Below, in pieces: positions 40,400-55,235 of a stretch of 64,000 nucleotides of DNA. The stretch is from NCBI GenBank assembly GCA_964304625.1, contig OZ199839.1, forward strand, positions 10,961,186 through 11,025,185, read 5' to 3'. The DNA is from Kudoa neothunni. Lineage: Eukaryota > Animalia > Cnidaria. The position numbers and the translations under genes were made by a program. Position 1 is the stretch's first letter. Every line of letters begins with the position of its first letter. Under the pieces are notes generated by a model. The model worked only from the letters and a program-made list of their open reading frames with translations, made no database searches and was not told the origin of the DNA.

Positions 40400-41950
40400 A
40401 ATTGGACATTAAGCCCACGCATTATATATGGGCGATGAGATGAGCGTTGATCATTTAATCGATGGATGTGAGCATAATTTCCAGCTTAGAAACATTATGT
40501 TAGACAGGTATAAATTTTTCGCATAAACTGGACAACGTAATCATTAATATTCTATTAGTTGAAATTAATATTTTAAGATTCTTTGATATAATAAAAATAA
40601 TAATTCAAATTTAAGAAAGCTGGTCACCTTACAACGAAACGCTAACATTTCTCAATAATTATCAACTCAGCATAAATTTAATGTTTTTTTTAAAGAATTA
40701 TCTTACATTTATATTTGAATCGATTATTTCGTTGCTAGACCTTTATTTGTGCCAATTTCCAAAAATAGCGAACCATGTATCACCCCCTTTAGTTAACTTG
40801 ATATATTATTGTATTTAATTTAATTCTTAAAATATAATTTCACACCTAAATTATTAAATTTGCACTATATTCTACCTTAATAAAACAAATTAGGTATGAT
40901 GAATTTTTATCAACAAACAAGCGTACTAATTTAGAATGCATTACACGTACGCGTAAAAAAGGGCACCGAAATATAATTAAACTGAATATACTTTTTTATG
41001 GATTATTTAATTAAATTTTCAATTGTAAAGTTTGCCAAGAAGTTCCAGAAACATCATATCGTGGCACAAGTGGTAATTTTTCCATATATCTTTTAATTGA
41101 TTAATTTTTTATTATATTTGGAATTTGTCATTTTTGTTAAATTTGCCACACTATTTTCAATATCTTTCTTCACATTGCTTTGATTAATTTTTAGTCTTTC
41201 AAAAAAGTTGTTAGCTCACGATGACACCGTGCTAATCCATCCTAGAAAAGTCGGCTGAAAAATTCAGCACAATTTGAAGTGAGTGGAATACCGTTCATGA
41301 CACTGGCCTAAGCATTTCAAGATTCAATCGGTTATTTTATTCCCTTGAGCTATTTTTTCATAATATTGAAAAAATAGGTTTGAATTCGATTTCGCTCAAG
41401 TATGTTGATACAAAAGCTAATGGGATTACTGACTTAATAAGTAGTCGAAATTCAGTATCCCTTTTATATAGACTACAGTATCGTAGGGTTATTACGTAGC
41501 ATGGTTATTGCGCACCTGAAATCTGTTGTTTGATTACATTGGCATGGTTAGTACGCAGTAGGAAAAAGGGAAAAATTATCGCTTACTTGAAGAAAACATG
41601 TAGATTATTAAATAATTGGAAAAATTAAGAACTAAGAGTGACTCTAAAGCGAACATCGTTAGGCGCTCCTGCCTCAAATCAGTCACCACATTGAATAGAA
41701 TATAATTGTATCAATTGAATCAAAAATATTTTCAGACTTTATTTCAAGGGATTAAAGATTTTATCGCGAAACTCTTATAAAATAAATTGAAACTACTCGA
41801 TATAAGAACGAAAGAATTGATAGAACTTTCGATAATGAGAAATATAAAAGCAAAATAAATTAGCCATTGGCGTAAAGGACGACACGAAGGACAACACTCC
41901 TATAACTGTCGGTTGAGGACAGTTCCATGGGTTTGCTTCGAGAGTTAGTC
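40400..41950 (+). mobile_element. Heavily decayed hAT-like transposase fragments
   Basis: Scattered short motifs GCEHNFQL (similar to C..H.L.L), FEFDF and MGITDLIS, with many stops and frameshifts. Confidence 0.3.
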
Positions 41951-42049
41951 TAAAAATGAACAAATTAAATAGAAGATATAAAAGAAATTATTCAAGTTCC
42001 ATCATTACAAATCGCTGGAATACATTACAAAATTAAATTTTTCCTTTTG

Positions 42050-43331
42050 CAAAATAAAATAAACTTTTTTTAAAACATGATAAATAACAAATTTCTCGTT
42101 GAAAAAATAATTCTGTCTTAAACTATCTTATTTATTTTCGAAATACTCGGCAAACAATACAAAAATTATGACGAAAATTTTTCACATCCCTCTATTAACT
42201 TTATTAGTTGTGCAACGAGAGAATGAATAAAAAAAGTAGAAAAAATGGTCGCACACCCACCAAATTTTCCCCGATATGCTCAGGCGCTAAAACATGGATA
42301 TTAAGTAGTGCAGTGTTATTACGCACTCGTGTCTACGTCCCAAAAAGGTGCGTAGTATTCCTGCACAATTGTATATAGATATAATGCAAGTTTTTGAAAT
42401 TTTCTGAATATTACTCGATCAACGTCTGAGAGGCAAAAATAAATGGTTGACTATGTTGCGGTTTTAAAAGCAACATAAACAATCCTCTCAAAATCGGTGA
42501 CCACATATTTTGGAAAGAGATAATCACGTTTTTCCCAAACAATATTTATTGTCTTGATGTAATTATTCGCTGTTTTTAAAATTAAATAAATACAAATGGA
42601 TAAACATTTGCATTAATTTTACCACTAAACACGTATAATTATAATAATTCTTCATGACAAATGTTGAAAGTTTTGTCTGAAATAAGAATCCAGGAGTTTT
42701 GAATATGTTTAAAATTCAATGAAATAATCATAGTAACAATTCTGATTTCAATCTCTGTGTCGTAATAAAAAAATGAAATTTTCATCCGAAACACTTCTAC
42801 CATCCAATTCTAACGAATTTTTTGTTACATCGACAACGATAGAATTTCGAATATTTTTGTAAAAATCCTTTTATTCGTATCTGATAAATCATGTAATTTA
42901 GTAATAGCAGTAACAGTGACAGTAATTCCGGAAAATATTTTGTGTATAAAGCAAGGCGAATTTACTGATAAACTTTTAATTGTTTTATTTAAAAATATTT
43001 TATAAATATAATTCTCAGGTAGCATGTTATCATGAGAATCGAACAGTTTAATATTCTCCATTTAAGTCAGCGGAGATGTAGATGCGGTTAACTTTGCATC
43101 GCGTTTTCGGTTCTGACAGCTATAACAATAACAATTCTTCGCATAATAATATTTCATATAAAAATAATTTTTATTGAAAATCTTTTCAATTCCTTGAAAT
43201 ATTAACAAGTTTCTGGTGGGCTTTTCGTTGTGTCGTCTACCTGGTGTGCGCACGCACCCCCGAAAAATCTTTATTTCTTTGCCAGTAAACAAACTCTTAA
43301 AACATAGTTTTGTGCTTAATAAATTAATCAT
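42050..43331 (-). mobile_element. Degenerate Mutator (MULE) transposase
   Basis: FLYWCH/WRKY-like NYFYMKYY...YSCQNRK..DSHDN, then ILISDKTFNIC (similar to DGTF) and VTDFER (second catalytic Asp region) in the expected order, interrupted by stops. Confidence 0.65.
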
Positions 43332-44251
43332 GTATTATATCACGTCCCAATAAACTTAGCTACAATAGGCATAATAATAAAAATAAATCGAACTTTTATG
43401 TATAATAACACCGAGAAAAAAACCCCCCAAATTACATTAATGAAATAGTGAATGTCCTTTCTACAATAAAATTTCATCATAATTGCATAACGTGGATATT
43501 GCATCGAGATAATAAAGGCAATAGTATTTTTATAATTCTCTCATATATTTCAAATTCTTATAATTAGAATTAAACTCGTGGTTCCAGAATCTGTACGTGA
43601 CCTTTTTATATTCATCTAAAAAGGAATTGGTTATCGACACTATAAATAATATAATATTCAGGTTTATTATTTTGATTGTATGTATTTTGAGGGGGTCAAA
43701 AAACGAATGGATAGGTCATAAATAATTAAATATAACAGATTCAAAAAAATGAAATCTGTATACAGCTTGTGAGTAAGAGTTGCAAGAATTAAAATTTTCA
43801 TTGCTTAAGCGTACATATTGTACATGATTAATATTTAGCGTGCCAATAATATTTTCCTTAAAAAAATAATAATATACGTTTAATATTGCGAGTCTACTTG
43901 TTCCTACTAGATGCGCATGTGCATTCTTCAAGTTTTTTCGAGTTATCCCTCATTCTTGCCTCATATCGTTTTCAATAAACTCTAAAATTATTGTTTTATA
44001 ATTAAAATATTAACCCAGTTATATATTTCATCTCGATAAAACGAACTACTATCACTTCAGAATGTTCCGTAATTAAACTATTTTCTATAATTACACCACT
44101 GAAAGTATTAGGTATGGATTATAAATTAAAATAAATATTTTGAACAAGTTAATGCGATTATTATTGGCAAAATAATACGGATGACTAAATAAAGATTAAC
44201 CTTCATAATTTCTGATCATAAATTTACGCAAGCGTGGCTTTATGGGACGAG

Positions 44252-46240
44252 ATGAATGAACAAATTCCTTTCACTAAAGTAGAAAGATTGTATAAATAAA
44301 AATTAATGAAAATTAATCTGCAAAACAAATAGATATTATTGATGGGAAAATCGGGATCAGGAAAAACGAGCGTTCGTTCGATGATATTTTCCAATTACAT
44401 TGCTCATGAAACTCGTGGTCTATCGGCTACAAGTTAATTCATTATTTTTATATTTATAACATGAGGTTTTGGATTTAGTAAATGTTGAATATTGTCACAT
44501 TCGTTTTCTTGGGAATTTAGTGCTTAGTTTGTGGGATTGTGGAGGGTAAATTGCATGTTGTTGTGGGTGTGTTACACCTGCACACACCAACATCACTCTG
44601 TTTTAGACAGGACATTTTTTTGAGTGAGTATTTTTCTACACAAAGAGAGAAAATTTTTCGTGAAGTTGAGGCGTTAGTTTATTTGTTTGATGTGAAATCC
44701 TCAGAAGTTGAAAATGATATGTCGTTGTTCAAATTGTGTTTGCATCATTTGAACGAATTTTCTAATGAAGCTCAAATATTTGTACTATTGCATAAAATGG
44801 ATTTGTTGGGAGAGGACTCACGAGACGATGTATTATACATTGGAGAGTTTGCTCTTTTATTTGGTGTTATTAATTCAGATTTTTAACGAAAAAGTTAAAC
44901 TTTTTGCCGCCGCCGCTCCCGACAATAATATCAAATGTTTCCAATCCAGCATCTACAACGAAAGTATATATTATGTAAGTGATTGGAGTTTCTATTACAT
45001 CGCCTAGCTATCATTTAATTCGTTTGTTGTTTAGACATGGTCTCACATAATGCGCGACCTTATACCAAACTCTAGAGTGTTCGAGGAGAAATTAACTCAA
45101 CTATCAATTGCTATAAAAGCTCGTGAAGCTATAATTTTTGAAAAAGAAACTCTTGTGGTAAAACACCCTCATTCAAATTAATCAAGGAAGGGGGAGTATT
45201 GGCCTTAACAAATTTAATTTCCCCTGTAGTTATGGCAATTTAAACTACTTTTGATACATCGCTAAGCACTTATAATTCAAATTAACTTAAGTATTGCAGA
45301 TTCTATTATGTAAATTGTACCACATAACGATAATTAAGTGTTATGTGGACTAAATATGGTATCCATCGTGCATAAAATTAAATTTATATAAGGGTCGTGA
45401 TATCAGCAACCATCATTTTTACTCATTAACCTAAAAAATAATATTACGTAACAATTTAACTCCTTATGCAGTCTAAAAAAGTAGTCATCATAATTGAAGA
45501 TGGCATCTATATACATACGTATATATATATGTATGTATGTATATATGTATGTATATATATATGTATGTATATATATATGTATGTAATGTATATATGTATG
45601 TATATATATATGTATGTAATGTATATATATATGTATGTATATATACAGGGATAAATTTCGTTTGGATCAATGATCGCTATCTGAAGCTGAATGTGAGTTA
45701 TTGTAACTGTATTTTTGTGTTAGATAGTTGCGCATTACTCTGAAGATAAAAACTTTGATAAATCACTTTTCGAAAGGTTAAGCTACATTGTGAAACAATT
45801 CCAAATGTGTTGTAGGTGAGTTTCATCCTTATATTTCTGCGTTATGCGGTGTTATTAATTATTTGTAAAATAAGTAAAACCAAAACCGAATTTAAACACA
45901 TATCTCTCGACGTGGATGACAAAAATATCTTTTTTTGCCATTTCACCACCTTTTCCCATGTGATGTTTTTGCTGGATCGTGAATCCAATAAAAGAGGTAT
46001 TCGTTTACATCTATTTCTTGTAGGTTTGACTATAACAGTGATAATAATAGCATTAGTCGTAGTTTAGCAATGTTTTCTTTCAGTTGCTTAGCATCATTAT
46101 TAATCTCCGTCAATCTAGGTTATTACGCTAGAATGAAGGCTATACGAGCAACATCGGAAGAATTCCAACAGCTCGAACGGAGTAACGGGCTCACGTGTAC
46201 GTTTGATCAGGATGACAGTTTGTATGGCGACAACAGTTGA
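44252..46240 (+). CDS. RRAGA: Ras-related GTP-binding protein A/B (RagA/Gtr1), multi-exon
   Basis: [72 protein letters not shown] and [11 protein letters not shown]. Confidence 0.93.
45507..45647. repeat. Compound (TA)n/(TATG)n microsatellite in a RagA intron
   Basis: Read directly from the sequence. Confidence 0.95.
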
Positions 46241-47856
46241 CGTTTATAAAATTTGTTTTGTTGCGCAAGTTTTTTTGCTTTATGAAGATAATATATTAAG
46301 TGAAAATGGTTATTTATTAGGATTTAAATAGTTATAATGTTCGAAATAAGTTTTATCGACTATTAGCTTAAAATTAGAGAAAAAAAGAAAATTTAATAAA
46401 AATCGTATTCATACGTGTCATAATCACCTAAAAATTTCGTCTTGTCTTTAAAATGCAGTGAAAAATTATTATTAATCTATAAACTATAAAAAAATAAAGT
46501 CAACTTAAGATGTGTCAGAAATAAAAATATTAATTTGTATTCCTTTTTTGCTAATTTATAAAGGATGTTTTAAAAAGCTGTGAGTGGTAACTTACGTATT
46601 CACTATTTTAACCCAATTCCTAGATTATTAAATGAATGAAACCTTTCTTCTTAACAAAAATAATTATTGGGTCAAAAATCTACTAATTTAATTAACAAAA
46701 TACGATTAAACCTAAAATTAAAATGTGCTTTTGTTTTGAAAAATTACAGTAATGCTAAACTATTTAAATATCAACTGGTTTTCTCGAAGGAGTGCACCCT
46801 TTTAAAAATAAACGTAGTGTTTGATTGTCCTAAAAAAATTCCCATGTATTGAATTATTCTTAGGTTAACGAAAACTTTGGAAAATATCGGTTAGATTTAA
46901 TAGATAAATAATTTCTTATTAACATACATGGTACGTATTGAGAAGGGACTATATTTTGTGCAAAAGTAATCGTGAATATAAATTCTTAAACTACGTATAA
47001 AATACGGTGGCATATATTTTAGTACTACTTTTATATCATGATGAATTATTTATAGCGAAAAGAAAATTATATATTGATTTGAATATTAACCTTAAGGTAG
47101 GTCTGGGGTAAAGAATAATTAGGTTACTAAGAATTTAAACATTATTTAAAAATTTATCTCATCAATTATAGGAACTCATCGAATTAGTTATGCCAGCTGT
47201 TTTGAAAGAAAGTTTAGGAAAACCAAAAAATGAATTAATTCAATATTGAAAAGACGAATATAGTTTCAATCTCAATTGATATATTTGAGAAAAAGACATT
47301 TTCACAAAAATTTAATTATACGAAAATTCTACACACATCCCACATCGTTTTTAGAATGCGTATAGAAACCCAAATAATTCCAACATGTCAACAATTTTAA
47401 TCTCGAATTATGTGTTTTATTTAAAACGATAAAAATCTTTTTCGCAAAATTATATCCATAACGCTTGAAAAGTGAAAACGCATCCTAAATAATTTGGTTA
47501 TGTTTCAGATTTTAAGGGAAATGCAACAACTCTTGTTGTAAATGTGACGTCAATAGTTTTATTTGTCTTAAAATTACTCTAAACGGGCATACATAATATT
47601 TTTAACGCATTCTATATCATAATTAAAAGATTTTCTTTGTGTGTATTGAATAAAAGTTCATTCTAATAGAGTAAAACTTTGAAGTGAAAAAACATCAATA
47701 TTATTCAGGTACTTTTTAATCGGTTAATTGAGTAAATAAACGATTTTTCTTAATGTTATCATCTATTCAAATGCAAATTAAAAGCTATATTTAAAGAAAG
47801 TTTCTCCTTGGCACATGCATGTTGCTGAAAACACACGCGCACTGACATACCTAAGA

Positions 47857-47859
<3 letters not shown>

Positions 47860-47891
<32 letters not shown>
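47860..47891. repeat. (TA)n microsatellite
   Basis: About 15 TA units. Confidence 0.9.
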
Positions 47892-47893
<2 letters not shown>

Positions 47894-48239
47894 GATTATT
47901 TGAACCAAAATTACCGTTAAGTTGAATATATTTGTCTATATAAACACTGCAAACATGTAGAGTTAGAATTAAATAAATACTCAAAAAGAGTCCACAATGT
48001 GTTGTGTCCAAAATCGATTATCGACTGTATATGAAATCAGAAATTTTTTTACGATTGTTTAATTTTATACAAGGTATAATATAGTTGTGAAAAGAAGAAA
48101 AATGGATGTCTTAGTTATCGCTTAATTTAAATTGTTTTTTCAATCCTTTTAATCTTCAAAATGCTTTGCAATAAATATCGAAAATGGCTCGCTCTCAGAG
48201 AAATGTTGACGATAAATAAAAATTATAATGTGATGAATA

Positions 48240-48310
48240 GTCGCGGGAAGGGATCGAACCCCCGAGCCATAATTTAAAGGCGGTGATGCCATACTGCTCT
48301 GCTGCTGATT
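48240..48310 (-). pseudogene. tRNA-derived remnant or SINE head
   Basis: T-arm/B-box GGGGGTTCGATCCCTTC with an upstream A-box-like AGCAGAGCAGTATGG. The acceptor and anticodon stems do not pair. Confidence 0.35.
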
Positions 48311-48720
48311 ACGCATTTGTTAACTTTGGTTACGATTCTTACAATCAGACATTAAACTGAATAGTCAGAGAAACGAAAAACCCCCAAAAAATCAATGACC
48401 ATTTATAAAAGTTAATTATGTAGCTTACGCACGTGTGTGCCTCGGTATTACGTAATTATTTCTTGGCCCTAATAAGTTGTGTAATATCTAGAGCTCACTA
48501 TATCTCAAATATTAAATAAATATTCTAATGTCATAATTCACTAAAATTATTGTTAGTTTCTTTTGAGTAGATAAAAATGCTATAACATTTTAAAATTATT
48601 TGGATAAAATATTCATAACAGAGCACCATAGAGATGAACATTGGACACGAAAGAGTTATGGAACAAAAACAGAAAAACAAAACGTTTGTTTCTAAAAATA
48701 AGGTAGAACTAAAATATTCG

Positions 48721-50495
48721 CTAGGTAGGCTTTGTAGAGAATGAGCAACATTGTCTAAGGTCACAATCTTTGCCAGGCGGGCATGCCAATAGACAGGTGG
48801 CGTCGGTCTGCTCTGAATTGGTCTCCTAGGAAAAATAAGTCAATTAAAATGTAAAAAAAATCTAACTTGATAAAATTCTGGCTGAATCGTCAACGAGTGG
48901 ATGCCAATAGAGTGGAAATAATTTTTGATTTTCTCACTGTTGTTTATGTAGCTGTTGAAGTTGGTGAACTTCACATGCAAGGTTGCAATATGTTTGGATC
49001 CAACCAACTGCCAAAGATGGAAATCATGAATGTCCAATATGTCTTTAAACTAAAATGAGAATGTGAAAATAGATATGAATTGTTGTTTGTTTGTTTATTT
49101 ATTTATTTGTGAGTGAGTGAGTGAGTTATGATTAGTTGTTAGAAGCGCTCACTTTTTGTTGTAATTCATTCTGAATGGTTACGATGTCGAAACCTTTAGG
49201 GACAGTTTGAATAAGAATTTTAACGGCATCTTTTGCTATATAGAAGTTTTTTATAAATGGGATTATGTGCGCGATTATACCTAAGGGGATAGAGGAGTAC
49301 AACAATATTATCACAGATATTATGCTGCATACAACGAGAATTAATCATCCACAATACAAAACAACTAACAACCTCAGAGAGGGATCAAGGTAGTCGACCC
49401 ATTTTTGTTTTATGAATTTAATAAACAAACAATTGATTATCACAATAATCGATCCCAAAAAATCCCCAACAATATGCAAATAAACACCCCTGATATTCAT
49501 TTGGGACGACTGCAAAGGCACTACTCAAACAGAAATAATCTCTCCTGTCAATAGTGTATTACCATCTAACCTATCTTCCACAGCAACTTTGATGTCTGGT
49601 TGTTCGACTAGGGACTGTGTTGGTGTGAAGTTAGAACAGCCTACGTTGTATGAGTCATTCGGGATGGAAAAATTGAGTTGTTCTATGTGCGTAAACATCA
49701 GTTTTGATTCAAACGAATAGAAAAATTCGATGCAGTTTTTAGTAATAGATACCCTGACCTCTTGTTTCTTGTGAACCACGAGTGGCATTGTGGGGCTATT
49801 CAATTTGTTTATTAGAGAATATGTGCAATTGGTTGTGTTACTGATTTTTGTTTCGAATTACGATGACTGTGGCCATGTGCATGATCTAACAATAATTTTA
49901 TTATCACTACTATCGTGAAAATAACGGCAACAACCACTTATTTCAACATATGTTGATGTGGAAATGTAGTCTAATGCTGCACCTACCGTGAAACAGTAAC
50001 AAACCAACTGCGTTCAATGCGAGACCGCCAATAGCTACACCCATTACAATCAATGGTCGGGTGGTAGTTTGTGGGTCGGAATATCGCATAAGGGCTTCGA
50101 TCAAAATAGTAAAGCATAATGCAACCAGAAAAATCGAGTTAACCAATGCTCCGACCACTTCAGATCTCACCCATCCAAAAGTGTTTTTTACTTCCCCTTT
50201 TTCGTTCACTGCTGCACGATTTGAAATCTACATAATAGTTTACATCAATCCAGCTGAAATCATTATTTATTTGATAGGTAATTCTCCTCAAATAAATGAA
50301 TGAATAAATAAAACCTACCCTACTGGCCACATATCCTATCACCAACGATACTACATCGGACAGCATATGGTAGGCATCTGCCTGCAGCACCAACGAACGG
50401 TACACATATCCAACGGCTAGCTCAACCAAAAAATATCCTCCTGTTAGCACAAACATTATTCCAAACGAAGTTTTGGCAGAAATTTGACATCGCAT
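48721..50495 (-). CDS. SLC30A1: Zinc/cation diffusion facilitator exporter, ZnT1/ZnT10 group
   Basis: SLVLQADAYHMLSD, KNTFGWVRSEVVGALVN, His loop HAHGHSH, MNIRGVYLHIVGDFLGS, DYLDP, IHDFHLWQL, GIHSLTIQPEF and the C-terminal CLLAC..C..RQCC. Confidence 0.88.
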
Positions 50496-51449
50496 CTCTT
50501 ACATTAAACCTGCCCAACCAGCTGCAATGCAAATACAAAGAATAACTACAATGGATTATTCGGATAGAGAGTTTATTGTTAGGATTAGTGCAGATTTTTC
50601 TAAGGATGAGTCTAATTTGAGACAATTAGGTTTTAATCAGTTACTAATGTAGCAAGATTTCGTTCTCTGATACTGTACCAGACAATAAACCTGTGATCGA
50701 AAACCCCGCATCATTGCCTCGCGCATTATCTGCCCAAATATCTAACAATAGGTCTGCCAACTTTCCAGCCACATCCCTCCATGATATAGTCATGCACATC
50801 CGATTAGCTGCATGAAAATTTATTCTAATTATGCATGACTTAAGCTAAGATAACTGCACAATATCAAACGACAAAATTATGAAATCGGAACAGAATTATT
50901 GATAAAACAAAAATTATTTATTTAATTTTTCAAATGTTGTTTGTGTGCACTAAAATCGTTATCCTACTCTGAACGATTTCGTCCACTCAATTTTCCGATG
51001 CTATCCGTTGTTCGTAATCATAGTTCGGATAATACAGAAAATTCTATTTTTATTGTTGAGTTAACATCAATTCAATAGCTCCTTATAATTTTAATGTTAA
51101 AGTCGTGCTTATTCGGATCATTTAGTGTCAATTTGATAAAAGTTTTGGATCCATTTTTTCGATTCTATACTCGAATATCAACCGAATCAATCACAAGGAA
51201 ATATATTAACCTCTGAATTTTCTGTTGCAATGCAATCAGGGAAATTTTTCTCAGATTGTTATTATAATGTCAATCCATAATCAAATGATGCATAAGTGAT
51301 ATTTATCAAATATAAGATGTAAAATTAAAATTGTTTATGGTATTTAAAAAATGCTATAATATTAATATTTACATAAATAATCGATATTCAAAATTTTCGG
51401 TAGCTTTTCTATATATTTGTGACCACAAGAAAACTCAATCTTAACTTAA

Positions 51450-53841
51450 CCCATAAACACTACCCCTGAGCTCTACGAGCCCACTTCCGAATAAAACTCG
51501 CTTTTAACTCGCCAATTTTACTCATTTTTACCCCGGATTTCACGTAAATTCATAAAAAATTATTTTCCATAATTTTGTAAAATATCTGAAAATTTTTTTC
51601 CCCGCATATTAAGCTGTTTGAGATACAGGTGAACTTATTATTAAGTAAAAAATAACAAATCTGTCCATTTTTAATCCCAAATATTAACAGGATTTCCCCA
51701 GCACATTGTGTTGTCCAGCAATAATAGCTTCTTCCGATGCAGAAAGTATATCTTCAGGTGAAATTTAAAAGTTATTGCAGATAGAAAAAGAACCTACATT
51801 TTGTAATTTTAAATTATTGAGTAATTTCAATTTTGAAGGATTTTGCATTGTATTTCTATATATAGATGATACTGACACTACAAACGAATGCACCCTAATG
51901 GATGAAAATAGTAAAGTTCCACTTCTTATATTTCAAAATACAAATCTTTAATCTAGTCTCCAAAACCCATACCTGGACGAACTGCCAATCAAAATATTAT
52001 CAGTAATGACCTAGAGGAAGGAAAACCTATTGAAACATTTTACACAACAAACATATTGAACTCATTTTCGCATTTTATAAGAGAAGAGATGCTCGAAGAA
52101 TTTTTATCGTTCACAAACCGTAAGGGTCATGAAAAATATAATGATTCGTGGAAACGCCTAGATTGCATCGAAATAAAAGCTTTCTTAGGATTGCTGTTAT
52201 TGGCTGGTTCCAATAAATCCAACCTAGGGTGTACCAGGATTCTGTGGCATGAAATTTATGGAAGACCATTATTTCGCGCCACTATAAATAAAACGAGATT
52301 TCAACAAATCTTAAATTGATTGCGCTTTGATTAATATTGGAAGAGTAGAAAGTTCCCAAATTCAGCTGATAAGTTTCCCCCGTCAGTAAACTGTTTTGAA
52401 ATTTTTCTGAAATCTGTAGGAATAGTTGTATTCCTGGACCTAATTTGACCGTAGTTAAACAACTGTATTCGTTCCGAGGACGTGTATCATTTCTTGTTTA
52501 ATTGTCAAAAAAACCATCCAAATATGGGCTAAAATTTTGGATCTTATGTGATAGTCAAACACGTTACGTATCCAACGTTTTGCCTTACTTGGGTAAAATT
52601 GATGAGTGCCGTGAAACAAATCTATGTTTTAAAGTTGTCATTGATTTGACTCAACATTTATTGGACTCCGGAAAAACTATTACATACAATAATTATTTCA
52701 TTTCCTGGAAGCTAGCTATATATCTACGATAAAGAAAAACGTCCATTCTTGCTACGGTATGCCTATGTCGAACATTTATTCCAACTGAATTTCGACCAAA
52801 TAACTTTTGGAAGATATTTTCATCCTTATTTGGTCTCTAAAAGTCATTTACCCTAATTTCTTATGTACTGAGGAAAAACAAGGCTGTAATAATTCTTTCT
52901 TCAGAGCGTCGTACTCCAAGCGTTAGTTCATAGTACCATCGTAAACCAAAAGCAATTTTGGATTATAATGTACAGAAATGTGATGTTGACACTTTGGATC
53001 AATGTGTTTCCACGTATACATGTAAAAGAAAATGTTGACGGTGGCCGTTTGCTGTATTTTGTCAAATATTTGATATAGCTGCGTTCAATGCATTTGTTGT
53101 CTTTATGCATGGCAATCCCCATTATTGTGACACAAACAAGTCAAATCGTCACCGACAATTTCTCATGGATTTGTCCATGTCATTAATTAAGCCCGAGCAG
53201 GAATGGAGATATAAAATTGCACTTTTTTCTAACCAGCTTGTTGTTAAAAGAACAATGAAAATAGTTGGTTTCGAATTTAACAAAGAAAGTGATCCTCCAG
53301 TGGAAAACCACAAAAATAATCAAAGAAAGCGATGCCGTTTATGTCCTCCTATCAGTATCGTACGTAGAAGCAAGCAAATCCGTTACATATGTGATCGAAA
53401 TGTTTGTAATGAACATTCAAAGAAAAACATTATTTGTTTAAACTGTGACTCACAACAAAAATAATTTAAACATATTTCTTGTCTATGATTTTTTATTGAA
53501 TGCTCCGTGAATATTTATAACGGTTGGAACATATGGTAGAAGTGAATTTAAAATAAATAATTATTAATTTTTCTAACTAAATTAATAGGAACGTTGATTA
53601 ACATACAAATAAATTAAAGCTGACAACGAATAAATACATTTTAATAATAGGAAACAATATAATAATTTTTTGTTATGCGTAATAATATAGATTATCTTAT
53701 TACCTTGAACTGTTCTATTTGTGTTTATATATCGTACATAATGTGACCTGCCGATAGTAGAAGAGTTAATTTAAAAGTAAAATATAATACTGCATTCGAC
53801 GTAAATTAATCCCTGGGCTCCAGGAGGTTAGTATTTAAGGG
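51450..53841 (+). mobile_element. Full-length (2.39 kb) piggyBac element with pseudogenised transposase
   Basis: TTAA TSDs at 51446-51449 and 53842-53845; TIRs CCCATAAACACTA and CCCTTAAATACTA. Transposase fragments EIKAFLGLLLLAG, SFRGR, KPSKYGLKFWILCD, NNYFIS, VDTLDQ, RWP and the C-terminal CRLC..ICDRNVCNEH..C. Multiple stops. Confidence 0.92.
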
Positions 53842-55235
53842 TTAAAGCCTGATACTAGAGATAATAACGATTATGCTCCAATTATAATGTGCTCATTCGT
53901 GACTTTAACATCAACTAAATTCGGGTTCGTGAGTATATGTATACCTCGGTAATATCACAGACCGTGGCATGGTAGCGTAAAAGTATATGGATCTTAAAAA
54001 CTCTCTTGCATGTGATACTCTGATAATTTTTCCTTAAACATTTATTTTCAAAAGAAAAAATATATAGAAAGTGGTTTTTCAACCGAAAATAATACAAAAG
54101 TTAATTTATTTTTAGCAATCCCCTTGGGAACGAGAAAAAGTGCGAACAAATAGTTTATCTTCTTTCCCCCCAAATGATAAGAATACAAATGCATTATTTT
54201 ATTATATTTCAAAAATATTATGATAAATAAGAGTTCTAATTATTCCTTGAAAATAATAAACGATTATAAAATGTTTATCGTAAGAGTTGTCAATGCATAA
54301 TGCATAAAAAATCGGCTACCAACCAAATGTATCAACAGTAGTTGAATTTGCACTAATTCCCATCCGAGTATACTCGGGATATAACGCGCAATTCTCATCA
54401 TTTAACGTCATTCCTAGATAACCCGAATATTCTTTAAAAAATATATAGCACGCATAATCTGGTTTCCTATAATTTTATATTACCATACAATTACAACCAA
54501 TGAATTTACCAAGATTTGTCCATAACGATATCGATACGAATTTGCGCGAACGCTGTAACTGGATGTTTTAGTTAAATACAGATTTGTCGGTAATGGGAGA
54601 GTATCCAGCTCCAAAAATTTGGCATCTTCCCGTGCTCGTGCATTCCCGATTTTGTAATAATTGAATTTAGTACATTCTTAGAATATTGATTGCTTACAAA
54701 TTAGACCAAAATTTTTATTCTAAAGAGTTGCAAAAATCACAGTTCGGTAACAATCGGGAATTGCGCGGCGTAACGCGCATACCTGTTCTTAACCTTTTTT
54801 CAGCCTAATTTGCCGTAAATAATTAATGCAATTTATATTTTTAAGATATATAATATTAGAAAATATTTTCTTATTAATTATTAATTAAATTGAACCGCCG
54901 GAATACATGCCAATTGTTTAATGTGCATTTTAACCGTTATCATCAGCCATAGGATGATGTGAACATGCCACAGATCCTAATTTACAATCGGAACACACCG
55001 AGGTATAATAACTATCCCTCTTATAGGGTGGAAACAATATCCACTCAATACATTAAATACAGCAGTAGTTACTTTAATCTATTCTATAATTTGTATAGTC
55101 ACGAAATTAAATTTTCAGGCAATACGAATAAATCACGGAAAAAATCATTTAAATATTTTAAATTATTAAAATGGCGAACACTAAATAGAGAGTCGGACAA
55201 AATATTCATGATATAACTGACTTTAATCAATCGTA

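Noticed and set aside
45466-45743. Three overlapping Tyr/Ile/Met-rich ORFs
   Set aside because: They are translations of the intronic TA/TATG microsatellite in RagA.
50943-50949. Metal-response element core (TGCACAC, minus strand) about 450 bp upstream of the zinc exporter
   Set aside because: A single 7-mer is expected by chance, and there is no cluster of MREs.
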